Shown here: positions 39,661 through 52,882 of the stretch, piece by piece
Position numbering within the stretch: position 1 is the first letter of the stretch
Layout of the letters: each line of letters starts with the position of its first letter
Assembly (NCBI GenBank): GCA_964016885.1
Contig: OZ024750.1
Coordinates: forward strand, 16,306,001-16,370,000
Reading direction: 5' to 3'
From: Eledone cirrhosa
Lineage: Eukaryota
Length of the DNA: 64,000 nt
Notes under the pieces: generated by a model
What the model was told of the DNA's origin: nothing
The model's database searches: none
What the model saw: only the letters and a program-made list of their open reading frames with translations
Position numbers and translations under genes: made by a program

Positions 39661-39970
39661 GGAAAATAGTCAGGACCCCGACGCCTGAGCTTCGGCCGTT
39701 TCGACAGCTAGATATAAACAGTATCGAGTACTCTGGTGCGTTATGGTCCATCTGATTTCTTACCACATTTTCTTTGTTATATATATATATATATTTATAT
39801 ATATTTATTATATATTTATATATATATATTTATAGTTATATTTATATATATATTTGTAGTTATATTTATATATATATTTATATATATATTTATATATATA
39901 TTTATATATATATTTATATATATATTTATATATATATTTATATATATTCAGAGAGAGAGAGATAGAGAGG

Positions 39971-40085
<115 letters not shown>

Positions 40086-40629
40086 AAGAAGATTCAGCCT
40101 TGTACTGAACTGATGCTTTTTAACCGAGCTAAAAAAAAAAAAATGAAAAGCAAACTGGATTTGAACTCACAGAGCCGGATCGAATACCACAAAGCATTGA
40201 TTATATCCGACGTTCTAATGACTCTGCCAATTCGCTGCCTCGCTGGAGGTGCTGCTGTTTATTAAATCAAAGTTCCTGTTTGATCTCCTGATTGAATTCC
40301 AACCACAAAAACTAAAAACCACAGGCATTGTTAATATTGATTATCGATCACTTCATGCATTATTTCCTGGACTGAACAATTAAGGAAAACTGGTTTGATA
40401 CTAATTAAATTATTCTCACTGAATACCTACAGATTTCTAATTAATTCAGTAAAGTATTATAAAGAATGCTTTGATAGTTATCGATCTTGTTGTTATTGTT
40501 GTAGATTTATTATGAGGCATACCAGATTTATTATGAGGCATACCATCATGCTCATCCCTGAATATCGATCTATCTACCTAACAAGCTGCCTATCTCTATA
40601 TCTACCTAGCTACCGTTTTATCTATCTAT

Positions 40630-40855
40630 CTGCCTGACTGCCTGTTTGTTTGATTGACTGTCAACCTGTAGTTATCTATTTATGTATATTTAACAGTGTT
40701 CTGTCTGCCTGTCTGGCTGTTTGTTTGATTGACTGTCAACCTGTAGTTATCTATTTATGTATATTTAACAGTGTTCTGTCTGCCTGTCTGGCTGTTTGTT
40801 TGATTGACTGTCAACCTGTAGTTATCTATTTATGTATATTTAACAGTGTTCTGTC
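40630..40855. repeat. 75-bp tandem repeat x3
   Basis: tgattgactgtcaacc at 40651, 40726 and 40801. Confidence 0.95.
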
Positions 40856-40940
40856 TTTGGAAAAAAGAACAATGCTAACAACAACAAATCCCAAATCCCG
40901 TTAGCAGTCCGAATATATATATATATACTCTCACACGCAA

Positions 40941-41041
<101 letters not shown>

Positions 41042-41567
41042 TATATATATATATATATATATATATATACCAGAGAGAGAGAGAGAGAGAGAGATAGGTA
41101 CAAAAATGGGACATTAAAAGACGTAACGACGGGAGTTTTACATAAAATCTTTAACAATGATGAATAACAATAAACTATATATAAAATAAAACAATAGAAA
41201 TCCCCAATAGGGGGGAATGTTACTGCAGGGTTGTTTTACACCCCGTGGATAGAACAACCCTCAACACCAGGAACACGTTTTGTAGGTGTTCCCGTCTTCC
41301 CTCTACAGGTTTATCTTCCTCAACCTACAGGTTTATATACAGAGAAGGCCCATTCACAGATAGATAGATAGGCTGATAGAACAAATTTGGGAGAAAATTA
41401 TTGAAACTGACTTAAATAAACATAAATAAAAATGCGGCGAGCGCCTGACAAGGGGGAAAAGATCAAAGGAAATCAAAGATTCGAATAGCGTTACAGAGAA
41501 TGTTCCAATTAAAAAGTTATTTAATTAAATATTTACTATAAACAAGGTCATTTTTACGGGTACTCTG

Positions 41568-41611
<44 letters not shown>

Positions 41612-41616
<5 letters not shown>

Positions 41617-42125
41617 TGCAAACTCTGCTAAGAGTACTACAATCGCTTGTCAGATTATAGAGTTTGGTGCACTTTTAGGCTACGGCCAGCCACACGAACC
41701 TGTAACATATCCTCAACGAGCAAGCAATGCCTGTGATTTGAAAGTTTTTTAAGTGCACTCGACCAATCCCACTTTCTGACCATCGAAAACACTACCTGAA
41801 AAGGTGAACTGGTCAACATCATCGGATGCTTCCGAAGCCCCAGATATTTTATCAGAGTTTCCCTCTCTTAGAAAGGTGTTGTGACAACAACTGGGGACCT
41901 TTCACTCCCAGGTAAAAAAAAATAAAAGTACTATTTTGATGACCGTTGACTCTGCTGAGTTCCTCCGCCCTTTGTCTGGCCTTATATTTCATCCCGCAGA
42001 GTATCCAAATATGACCCTCTTCAACAGGCAAACTTGGTGGGGTTGCTGGTTTAGTCGCCGAACACCCGACCATGAGACAGGTTGTACTGGGTTACATATT
42101 ACCAGTAGCACACGCGAGCGACCTG
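41612..42125 (-). mobile_element. RTE-related non-autonomous element (5' part homologous to R2)
   Basis: Reverse complement shares gtgctactggtaa.atgta.cccagtacaacctgtctcatggtcg with 9776-9821; middle part matches 44372-44533. Confidence 0.6.
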
Positions 42126-42145
42126 ACATACATACATACATACAT

Positions 42146-42452
42146 GATGGCTGCCCCCTCGTTATCGAGTATGGCCATTGCACGATATACCATTATTAAT
42201 AATTATTAATTAATTCTATCGTGCAATGCCTGTGCGTGAAGATATTTTTTTAAGTGAGGAAAGACTGTGCACTGAGCCAATCCCACTCTCTGAGCGACAG
42301 TAGTTATAACCTGAAAAGAAGAAAAGATCAACATCATCGGTAACTACTGAGCCGCAGGTTTTATATCGGAGTTATCCCAGTTTCCTGAGTTGCCTTCTCA
42401 TAGAGGAAGAATGCCCTGACAAAGGCTAGGGGTCCTTCACTCCCAGTGGTTT
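42146..42452 (-). mobile_element. RTE-related element R1
   Basis: Reverse complement of 9161-9462. Confidence 0.7.
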
Positions 42453-42641
42453 CACAAAGCACATATTTACACACTTTCGGATGGCCGTTGACTCTTATGA
42501 GTTTTTCCGCCCATACATACATACATACATATATACATACATACATACATACATACATACATACATACACATACATATACATACATACATACATACATAC
42601 ATACATACATACATACATACATACATACATACATACATACA

Positions 42642-42672
<31 letters not shown>

Positions 42673-42817
42673 GCTCCTTCAGACTTTCTGCTACATAGAT
42701 TATGTAAATCAATAAAACTAACTGAAGATTATATAATGGCATCAGATGTCGCTCAAATCAACACTCAATAATTACTTCGCCACCAGATTGGTTGCTACAT
42801 CTGTATATATACACACA

Positions 42818-42918
<101 letters not shown>

Positions 42919-42934
42919 ATATATATATATATTC

Positions 42935-43030
<96 letters not shown>

Positions 43031-43059
43031 GTGTGTGTGTATATATATATATATTCATA

Positions 43060-43100
<41 letters not shown>

Positions 43101-43141
43101 GTGTGTGTGTATATATATATATATTCATATATATATATATG

Positions 43142-43190
<49 letters not shown>

Positions 43191-43231
43191 GTGTGTGTGT
43201 ATATATATATATATTCATATATATATATATG

Positions 43232-43294
<63 letters not shown>

Positions 43295-43358
43295 GTGTGT
43301 GTGTATATATATATATATTCATATATATATATATATGTATATATTTATATGTATATAC

Positions 43359-43411
<53 letters not shown>

Positions 43412-43421
43412 TAAACAAATA

Positions 43422-43488
<67 letters not shown>

Positions 43489-43835
43489 CATGAAATCAAT
43501 AAGTAGAAGAATAAAAGAATAGATAACCTTCTTGGTTGTCTACTGTCTATTGTGTCAGTCTGCGAGTGCTCTGTTGGAAAAGATTAACTGATTAAAAGAG
43601 AAAGCAGATATGGTTTGATATGTTATTAAATGGGGAAGCACCAAATACATATAAACTGTTATATCACAGACAGTGTACACATGATATAGACTGAGAGATG
43701 ACATATATAGACGGAGATAGAGATGCAAATATGTGTACATATGCACATATGCACGTATACATACACATGCTCACACCTACTCATACCAGCATGCGTGCCT
43801 TCAAATATGTATATATGTATGTATGTATGTATGTA

Positions 43836-44370
43836 AAGGGCAAAGGAGCTCTTAAGAGTCAATGGCCATCCAAAATCACAGGGAGAGATGACCCCTTTGG
43901 CTTTGTCAAGGCAGAATTCTAGGAGAAGGAAAACTCTGATATAACACCTGCAACCCTGATGGTATCCAATGATGTTGACTTGTTCTTCTTTTTGGTAAAT
44001 ATCATCTTGGTTAAGAGAGTGGGACTGGCTTTGTGCAGTGCCTTTGCTCACTATAAAAGCTTCACGGCACAGGCATTGCTTTATATCTGGAGATATCTCT
44101 GCACTTGTCATCACATGTACCATGGGCCCAGCACTATATGTCAATAATGGTCACAGGTGGGGTGTTTGTGCTAGAGTTTTCAAGTCGGTGGCTGGACTAA
44201 AATGTCACACTCGTTCAGCGCATCGGTAGGGGTTCTCCTACATGGATATAAAGTAGTGGCCGTACTCGAAAACGAGTTGGCAGCCACCATGTATGTATGT
44301 ATGTATGTATGTATGTATGTATGTATGTATGTATGTATGTATGTATGTATGTATGTATGTATGTATGTAT
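43836..44370 (+). mobile_element. RTE-related element R2, 5'-truncated, with (ATGT)n tail
   Basis: Near-identical to 9908-10440. Confidence 0.7.
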
Positions 44371-44547
44371 TTACCTGGGAGTGAAAGGCCCCCAGTTGTT
44401 GTCACAATATCTTTCTAGGAGAGGGAAATTCCGAAAAAAAAACCTGCGACTTCGGAAGCATCCGTTGATGTTGACCAGTTCTCCTTTTCGGGTAGTGTTT
44501 TAGATGCTCGGAGAGTGGGATGAGTCGAGTGCAAGGCCTTTCCCCAC

Positions 44548-44797
44548 TGCGTGAAGATATTTTTTAAAGTGAGGAAAAACTGTGCACTGAGCCAATCCCA
44601 CTCTCTGAGCGACAGTAGCTATAACCCGAAAAGAAGAAAAGATCAACATCATCGGTAACTACTGAGCCACAGGTTTTATATCGGAGTTATCCCAGTTACC
44701 TGAGTTGCCTTCTACTAGAAGAATGCCCTGACAAAGGCTAGGGGTCCTTCACTCCCAGTGGTTTAACCGCGCGATCGGGTATCCAGCACAACTATTT
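44548..44797 (-). mobile_element. RTE-related element R1 (5' part)
   Basis: Reverse complement of 9127-9372. Confidence 0.7.
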
Positions 44798-44889
44798 CTA
44801 ACATACATACATAACTGCATATATGTGTGTTAATACTCAAAAATACGAACTGGAGTAACTTTCAGATGTGGTGTATATCTTATATGTGT

Positions 44890-45040
44890 GTGTTTGGGGT
44901 ATGTTAGATGTGTATATTTGGGGTATGTTAGATGTGTATATTTGGGGTATGTTAGATGTGTATATTTGGGGTATGTTAGATGTGTATATTTGGAGTATGT
45001 TAGATGTGTATATTTGGGGTATGTTAGATGTGTATATTTG
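44890..45040. repeat. 24-bp tandem repeat x6
   Basis: tttggggtatgttagatgtgtata. Confidence 0.95.
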
Positions 45041-45442
45041 TGTGTGTATAGATGACAGAAAATAGTGTCATGGAGGGTATAGCATGTCTGATTAGGAGGT
45101 GTCCTTGGTGTGTGGGTTTCCAGTTGGATCGGAGATGTTTTTTTTCGATCCAATGTCTGGAGTTTAGATACTTGTTTACATGCTTGCAATATTCTAAATA
45201 AAGTGGAATCGAGCTCACAACTACTTAGCTACGAAGCGAAGTTATTCAACGTACAAACATACATACATACATACACACATACATACATACATATATACAT
45301 ACATATATACATACACACATACATACACACATACATACACCTCGATAATATCGATAATATTATTGTTTAAACATATATTTTGCATGAATATTCTTAGATT
45401 ATCTTCATCTCTCACTCGCTTTTCTATCCTTCCTTATGTATG

Positions 45443-45493
<51 letters not shown>

Positions 45494-45586
45494 GTGCATG
45501 CATAATGAATGAATCATATATACACGCCTGATGAAGCGGAAAGTCGAAACCTGAGTAGCAACTCATTCACAAGCAGCTGTCAATAA

Positions 45587-45681
<95 letters not shown>

Positions 45682-46024
45682 GAGAAAGGTCAACAAGGAA
45701 AAGAGCAACCATATATCCAACCAGGGAAAGAATGACGCTTGCTTCATTGACATAAAAAGCCTATTATAGTATTTGGCCAGCTGCTTATACAGAATCACAG
45801 AATATATTACTATTATCCCTGTTCTGTTGCACACAGAATGACAGAATATATCGGATCATGCTGGATATATACTTCGTACATGAGAGGAAGTTCGCATTAA
45901 CGTTATTCTGTTGCACACAGAATCACAAAATATATCTAATTATATTGAAATCTATACTTTGTATTCGTATTGTAAAGGTTTAATTGTTCATGTTTGAGAG
46001 GAAATTCGTATCATATATATATAT

Positions 46025-46091
<67 letters not shown>

Positions 46092-46943
46092 AATGTTGTC
46101 TTTGATGGAGACGAAGCGAAAGTGTATTTGAATACATATAAAAATGAGAAAACTGATCGCTAGAACAGCCATTAAAACAGCTAAGTGCTGTCAAAGACAG
46201 CGATGTGCAAAAATTCCACAGAGGACAGTGACAATCCATCAGGTGGGTGACATGCAGATGAAATATACAAATGATTGAACGAGGGGTGGTATAAGGAGAA
46301 GTGTTAGCGCATAGAAGTGACTGGAAGAGGACATATAGAAAGGTGATGTACAAAACAAGTTTACACATACACGTCTTCACCTCATCAGCTCTGAAACCAG
46401 CAAATTGGTTTCGCACGATTTTAGTTCACGATCAACTATATACGATCAACATCCTTATCATGTAAATAAATCGAACGAGACGTAAGAATTTTGCAAAAGT
46501 TTAGAAATAACATGCAATTGTTCTGATGAGTGTCATTTTACAGATATTGCTTCCTTAATAATTTCTACCTCCTCTGAAGACACAAAAATGAACAGAATTA
46601 TTATTTAACTCCTTCAGTCAATGCTTAGACTGAGTTATATAAATACATCTGTATATAATAATGGAGCTGGAGCAAGGTTCTTCAATATTTTGTTTTTGTT
46701 TATATTTGTAGAAACATGTGTCAAAAGAGTAAAATGACTTGATTTTTCATCTTTGCTTTTCTACATTATACATATATATTATATATATTATATCCTCGTT
46801 AAACTTGTATTTTTCATTGAGTCTTCTGTAAAAGGTTTCACAATTCTCATATTTGGGAAATATTTATTCCCTTTATTGATATAAAATATATAATAAAATT
46901 TGTTCTATAAATCGTACAAGCTGCTTATGAAATTAACCTTTAA

Positions 46944-47164
46944 CCCTTAAGCATATAAACCGGCCGTATCCGGCCAGAATTCACTCACCTCATTTTGTTC
47001 AAACCGGCCGTAACAGGCTACTCATACAGATGTTAAGGTATTGTTGTCAAAATAAATTATATCAAAATTTCATAGATTCGATATTTTGTGAGATAATTAT
47101 GTGAGGTAAAGCCTTTACCACGAAAATATAATAGTAAATATGGAGTAATATAAATGGTAATGGG
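46944..47164. mobile_element. piggyBac-type MITE (inverted relative to 35385-35607)
   Basis: TTAA-CCCTT...TGGG-TTAA; internal homology to the 35385 copy. Confidence 0.8.
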
Positions 47165-47488
47165 TTAAGGGGCTCAGCATTCCACAGACACATACATCCA
47201 TAATGTAATTCTCAGGATAATACGGCGTTGCAGTATGTGATATGAATGGTCCTTTGAATTACAGGTAGAATCCATCTGACTGGCTTCGAAGTCATGGAAT
47301 CTTATGATTGCAAACATCCATATGACACTAATGTACATATAAATAATATAAATACACAATATTTAGAAATGTAAGGTATTTCTGTTGATCTTTATAGCGA
47401 CTGGCAGTCGTTTGTGGAAACACTGGCGTATACAGAACCAATATACATGATCTTTCATAGGTTCTAAGCCTTCTGACGACGGTGTGGC

Positions 47489-47522
<34 letters not shown>

Positions 47523-47607
47523 GAAAAAATGAACAGGGACAGAACAGAGAGGCAGTACGATAAATGTTTATTAAATTCACGCTCAGGAGAGTGGGGGGTA
47601 GGTGGGG

Positions 47608-47638
47608 GACGACGTTTCGGGCATAAGCCCTTCTTCAG
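47608..47638 (-). ncRNA. Penelope-type hammerhead core, stem I not evident
   Basis: CTGAAGA-aGGGC ttat GCCC-GAAA-CGTCG-TC, followed on the same strand by AATAAA and (TA)n; related 3' segments at 11505-11560 and 63955-64000. Confidence 0.6.
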
Positions 47639-47731
47639 GTGAGAAGTGTGTGGGAACAGAGTTCAAAAGGTGTGTAGGGGAGTGGTGGAGAGACATATAG
47701 CGAAAGGAAACGGTGTGTGTGTGTGTCTGTT

Positions 47732-47764
<33 letters not shown>

Positions 47765-47830
47765 GTGTGTGTGTGCGTGTGTGTGCGTGCGTGTGTCTGT
47801 GTGTCTGTGTGTCTGTGTCTTTGTCTGTGT

Positions 47831-47867
<37 letters not shown>

Positions 47868-47986
47868 TGTCTGTCTGTCTGTATATATATAATAATATAT
47901 GTAGAAATAAACACAGTAAATTGTGTCTAAAATTACGAGGGTTGAAATACGACATTGGTTTGATAAATTTACATATATATATATAC

Positions 47987-48020
<34 letters not shown>

Positions 48021-48569
48021 TTATACATATATACATATATATACATATATACATATATATATCGATATATATATATATGTGGATGTGTGTGTTTATATAA
48101 ATATATATATATAAATATATATGTGTGTGTATATATATGTGTGTGTGTGTTTATATATATATATATATACCCATGTGTATACACACACCTACGCACACAC
48201 ACACACACACACATATGTGGAGAGAAAAAAGAAAACGTAAACAAAATGGTTGACATAAAATTAAAAAAATGAAACATTATCGTGCGATTAAGTGGTTCGG
48301 TAATTAAATGAAAATATAAATGAGACAGCCAACTAATTTGAACTGTTGATTAGACAAACAACTGGCTGGTCTAATGGTCAGTTGGTTTGGCGGGCGGGTG
48401 GTTGGGTGTAAAGATCGCCAGTTGGCTGGTTGGCTGGCTAGATAGCTGGATGACTAGATGGTTGGTTGGTTGGTTGATTGGTGAGCTGTATGGTGGAGAT
48501 TAATGCAGAGGCACTTAGTAACATATCCAAGTTCCTCCAATGATTACAGGTACAAATCTATACATTTTT

Positions 48570-48990
48570 CAAGAGCCCCCTGATATCTGTAGTATTCTTT
48601 CTCAGATATCGGTGAAACAGTCAGGCCATTCATAGAGATGTTACTAGACTAGATAGTGACTCAGGGCGAAGATAGGTTTTCTGTGGCCCTAATTATGTTA
48701 TCTGGGATTTTAGCAAGGCGAAAAACCTCTAGCAGCCAAGAGTAGAGAACAGAATGGAATGGTTTCTTGTAATCTAACCAGAATATAATCAAGTTCCTCC
48801 TATATTACTGCATCTCAACCACCAAAGCTTTGTTTATTAGAATTTGCTCAGCACACATCCAAACTCCTTTCTTCAGAACTGCTTGCTCTACTGTGATGAT
48901 ATTGTTATTGTCACAGTGGTCTTTGAGGAATTGGTTCAGACAGGCTGTATACATTTTATAATATATAAAATTCTGGCAAATTCGGTATTT
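48570..48990 (-). pseudogene. Reverse-transcriptase fragment of an RLE-type non-LTR retrotransposon (R4/Dong- or NeSL-like)
   Basis: KMYTACLNQFLKDHCDNNNIITVEQAVLKKGVWMCAEQILINKALVVEMQ*YRRNLIIFWLDYKKPFHSVLYSWLLEVFRLAKIPDNIIRA matches EQ.G...G..GC.EQLLI and WIDY.KAFDSVPH.W; has in-frame stops and is absent from the ORF track. Confidence 0.8.
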
Positions 48991-49182
48991 TTTTTTTTTT
49001 TTTTTTTAACCACATGAGCTGGATATGCTCATGTGTGTGTAGTGTGGGTTTGACGGGCTGCTATTAAATTGCTGTATCATTAACATAACGTGTTTCAGAA
49101 TAGAGGTGAATATGAAAGGATATGGTCAGGTATGTATGGAACCGTAGTAGGGGCGCCATATTGACATACGGCCTTTCTAGGT

Positions 49183-49227
<45 letters not shown>

Positions 49228-49525
49228 TTAACAATGATAACAAAGGCAACTTATTTTACATATCTCATTCATTGCTCTTCGATCGTTTCGGAGGATTGAT
49301 CATATCGATATATTGACTGATCTACAGCAGTTCGAGAACTGTATACTATCAGATATAGTATATGGGTTCGATCATAACGCTTTCTTCGGAAACTATCTAT
49401 CTCTGTCTCTCTCTCTGTCTCTCTCTCTGTCTCTCCCCCCCCTCTCTCTCTCTCTATGTCTCTCCCCCTCTCTCTCTCTCTATGTCTCTCCCCCCCCCTC
49501 TCTCTCTCCCCCTCTCTCTCTCTCT

Positions 49526-49593
<68 letters not shown>

Positions 49594-49608
49594 ACGTATA
49601 TATATATG

Positions 49609-49739
<131 letters not shown>

Positions 49740-50039
49740 GTAGATATATATATATCGTGTATACAATATCTGTTGAATATGCCCATTTGCAGTCGTATCA
49801 TACACAAAGTGGTAATAATTATGACGTCATCAATCGTTGTCGTCTTAGGCACCGTTGTTACCAGCACTGCCTCCACCACCACCACCAGCACAACTATCAT
49901 CACTACTATCGTAATGGTTGTCGCTGTTACTAATTTTAAACGACAACCATGCCATATATCTTTACCAACCCACCACCCCCCAGTTCGTATTTTGTCTGAT
50001 CATTAGTATTATTATCACCCTTGTTATTATTATTATTAC

Positions 50040-50088
<49 letters not shown>

Positions 50089-50501
50089 TTTATTGTTGCT
50101 GATGTTGTCGTTGTTGTTGTTGTCAGTGATGTCTGAGCTAGCGACGCCTGGTGAGGAAATGAAAAATGTGTTCCGCTAAAAATAATGCCAAAGCTGAAAG
50201 AGATAATACAAAAGCGAGACATTTTATTTGTAAGATACGGTAGTTTGTAAATCGGCCATTTTGTGAAATACTGTTTCCGAAGCTGTATATATTTAGGAAG
50301 CTCTATGGTGATATTTCATGATTCTAAACACAAATAACATGTTTTCAATGTTAACAGTGGTACCATTAGTAGCAATGGTTGCATGGACTGCATGCTGGTT
50401 TCACAAATCAAAGAATATTTTGTAAATTAACTGACAAACTGACAAAAGTCCGTCAACAATGGCTTCATCACGTTCAAAGTGTGACTGTAATGTTATCTTT
50501 C

Positions 50502-50539
<38 letters not shown>

Positions 50540-50606
50540 GCAGGCACACACACTCGTGTGTATAAAATGCAGTGTTATAATGTAGTTTGTTGGAGAGTAA
50601 TAATGT

Positions 50607-50659
50607 ATTTTGTCTGACGAGGACGTACTGTTGTACATCCGAAATATGTATAATAAAAT
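50607..50659 (+). ncRNA. Minimal type-I hammerhead ribozyme, family E
   Basis: ATTTTGT-CTGACGA-GGAcGTAC tgtt GTACaTCC-GAAA-TATGTA-TA-ATAAAAT. Confidence 0.8.
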
Positions 50660-50823
50660 GAAATTGATCAAACGAACATCTATTTTATTAATACTTATAT
50701 TTTAATATATATAGTGACTGTAATGTTATCTCTCCAACAAACTGGAGAGATAACATTACACTCACTATATATATATATTAAAATATAAGTATTAATAAAA
50801 TAGATGTTCTTTTGATCAATTAC

Positions 50824-50876
50824 ATTTTATTATACATATTTCGGATGTACAACAGTACGTCCTCGTCAGACAAAAT
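50824..50876 (-). ncRNA. Minimal type-I hammerhead ribozyme, family E (mirror copy)
   Basis: Reverse complement of 50607-50659. Confidence 0.75.
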
Positions 50877-50977
50877 ATAATGATACATCATAAATTATTT
50901 TCTGTTGAGTGCTTGCAATCTACTGTAAAACTCATTCTTTGACATAATCATCGAATATCGTTTAACAACTTAATACT

Positions 50978-51013
<36 letters not shown>

Positions 51014-51268
51014 GAGATGAAATCGAAAATGCAACTGGAGTCTTTTTTTTTTTTTTTTAAATATATATATATAAATATATGTAGATAAATCTACCAAGAG
51101 TTTACGGTAGTGTCCAATCCGTATGAAGAACTCAATGTATTCCGGATATCATGGAAAGAAGAGATGTAATGAAAAATCACTTTCGGTGAAAGATAAACGG
51201 TATACAGAGTCAAGATAAAATATTAAACAAATAATGAATAAACAATTCCTTATATTAAACAAAAAAAG

Positions 51269-51422
51269 TTCATTATTTAACGATCGTTTCTAGGATATAT
51301 ATGTGTTAGAATTGGCATGCATATTCAACAGATCTATGTACAAAATTATACAAAATTATACAAATTATCAAGATTAAATATACATACCAACACATATATA
51401 CGCCGTCTTCAGAAATAATGAA
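51269..51422 (-). ncRNA. Type-I hammerhead with long stem II, family F (mirror copy)
   Basis: Reverse complement of 51937-52090. Confidence 0.65.
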
Positions 51423-51936
51423 GTATATTTATTGATAATAACAACAATTCAAAATTTCAGGTCCGTTTGGGAACAAAATTGACCAATGTGTGTGCCAGTG
51501 TTTTATGTGAGTGAATTAATATCCATGTGCTTATGATTTTATATCCACATATATAAATGTGAGTGGGGGTGTGTGTGTGTTTGTATGTTCGTGGTTATGT
51601 GTATATTTATGCATATACGCGCGTGTATGTGTGATTGTACGGATATGTGTGAGTATGAAAAAATATATTTATATACTTAATTTCATACTTGTGTCAATAC
51701 GCATCTTATCTGTGCATTATAAACTTACAGAGACATTAACCTTGAAACTTTGTATTTGCATCCATCCTTTTAGTATGCGTATACAAATTATACATACATT
51801 TTTGTAAAATATGTGTAAGGGTTTTACATGTATATACACACACCGAACTGCATTTAACCCTTTGTGTTTTCATTGGTCAATTTTGTTCCCAAACGGACCT
51901 GAAATTTTGAATTGTTGTTATTATCAATAAATATAC

Positions 51937-52090
51937 TTCATTATTTCTGAAGACGGCGTATATATGTGTTGGTATGTATATTTAATCTTGATAATTTGTA
52001 TAATTTTGTATAATTTTGTACATAGATCTGTTGAATATGCATGCCAATTCTAACACATATATATCCTAGAAACGATCGTTAAATAATGAA
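51937..52090 (+). ncRNA. Type-I hammerhead with a 115-nt stem II domain, family F
   Basis: 10-bp stem I TTCATTATTT/AAATAATGAA, CTGAAGA 51947, GAAA 52069, palindromic stem III ACGATCGT, GUU triplet ending at 52080. Confidence 0.7.
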
Positions 52091-52282
52091 CTTTTTTTGT
52101 TTAATATAAGGAATTGTTTATTCATTATTTGTTTAATATTTTATATATAAATATATATATTTAAAAAAAAAAAAAAAAAAAAATAAGACACCAGTTGCAT
52201 TTTCGATTTCATCTCTTTTTCTTTATACTTTCACTCGTGTAGGACACCTCGGTTATTTTTCATTTTGTAAAAAAAACCTCAC

Positions 52283-52352
<70 letters not shown>

Positions 52353-52458
52353 ATAATAATAAAATTGAAGACTAAAATCCAAAGAGGGCTCGATAAGGAA
52401 AATATATATCACATATATAAAAACCGTAGAGCAAATATTTATTAAAATAACAGATTAA

Positions 52459-52509
52459 AGTTTAAGCAAAGAATCGCTGCTTTCACCCTTAACGGGATCT
52501 TCTGAAACT
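52459..52509 (-). ncRNA. Hammerhead-like motif with CAGAAGA core variant, family G
   Basis: AGTTT-CAGAAGA-tCCC gttaa GGGt-GAAA-GCA gcgattctt TGC-TT-AAACT; element about 52360-52545 with terminal hairpin 52502-52543. Confidence 0.55.
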
Positions 52510-52882
52510 AACAAAGTCAATCTGTTGACTTTGTTAGTTTCAGATATATATATATATCGTTATTTCAAGTTTCTACGTTTCTCTTTGTGCAAAACGGGCG
52601 CCGGATTAAATGGCTCGGTATTTGTTTCAGTTTATTTCGCTCCGAGTTCAAATCCCGCCAAGGTTATCTTTGCCTATAATAAATTATCTGGAATAAATTA
52701 TCCTTCTCTCTGTCTCTCTCTGTGAAAAAAATAGGTTGTGTTCATATCTGGAGTGGGATGGACTAAACCAGATTTAAAATGCCATAGACAAGTATATCAT
52801 AGCGGCACCTCTCGACTCTATCAGAAGTTAAGGGCCCGTGGATAGATGAATATGTAGTTTGTCTTAATACAAATAACTATAG

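Larger units (their letters stand above)
50603..50879. mobile_element. Fold-back element family E with convergent hammerheads (loop 50737-50742)
   Basis: About 130-bp inverted arms with a few mismatches. Confidence 0.85.
51009..52220. mobile_element. Fold-back element family F: inner arms 51215-51488 and 51871-52144, outer arms about 51009-51070 and 52150-52220
   Basis: 274-bp inner inverted arms plus a nested outer inverted pair. Confidence 0.85.

Noticed and set aside
45526-45559. Hammerhead CTGATGA-agcggaaagtc-GAAA-cctgag-TA
   Set aside because: Stem II pairs poorly and stem I is only 2 bp; at best a decayed copy.
46320-46415. Hammerhead-like pieces on both strands (GAAA-GGTGA..TCACC-TC; CTGATGA on the minus strand)
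   Set aside because: The core elements cannot be assembled in a valid order with all three stems.
49273-49393. CCGAAGA...GAAA-CGATCG long hammerhead-like motif on the minus strand
   Set aside because: Two core deviations (U4C and missing U16.1) and an unclear stem II.
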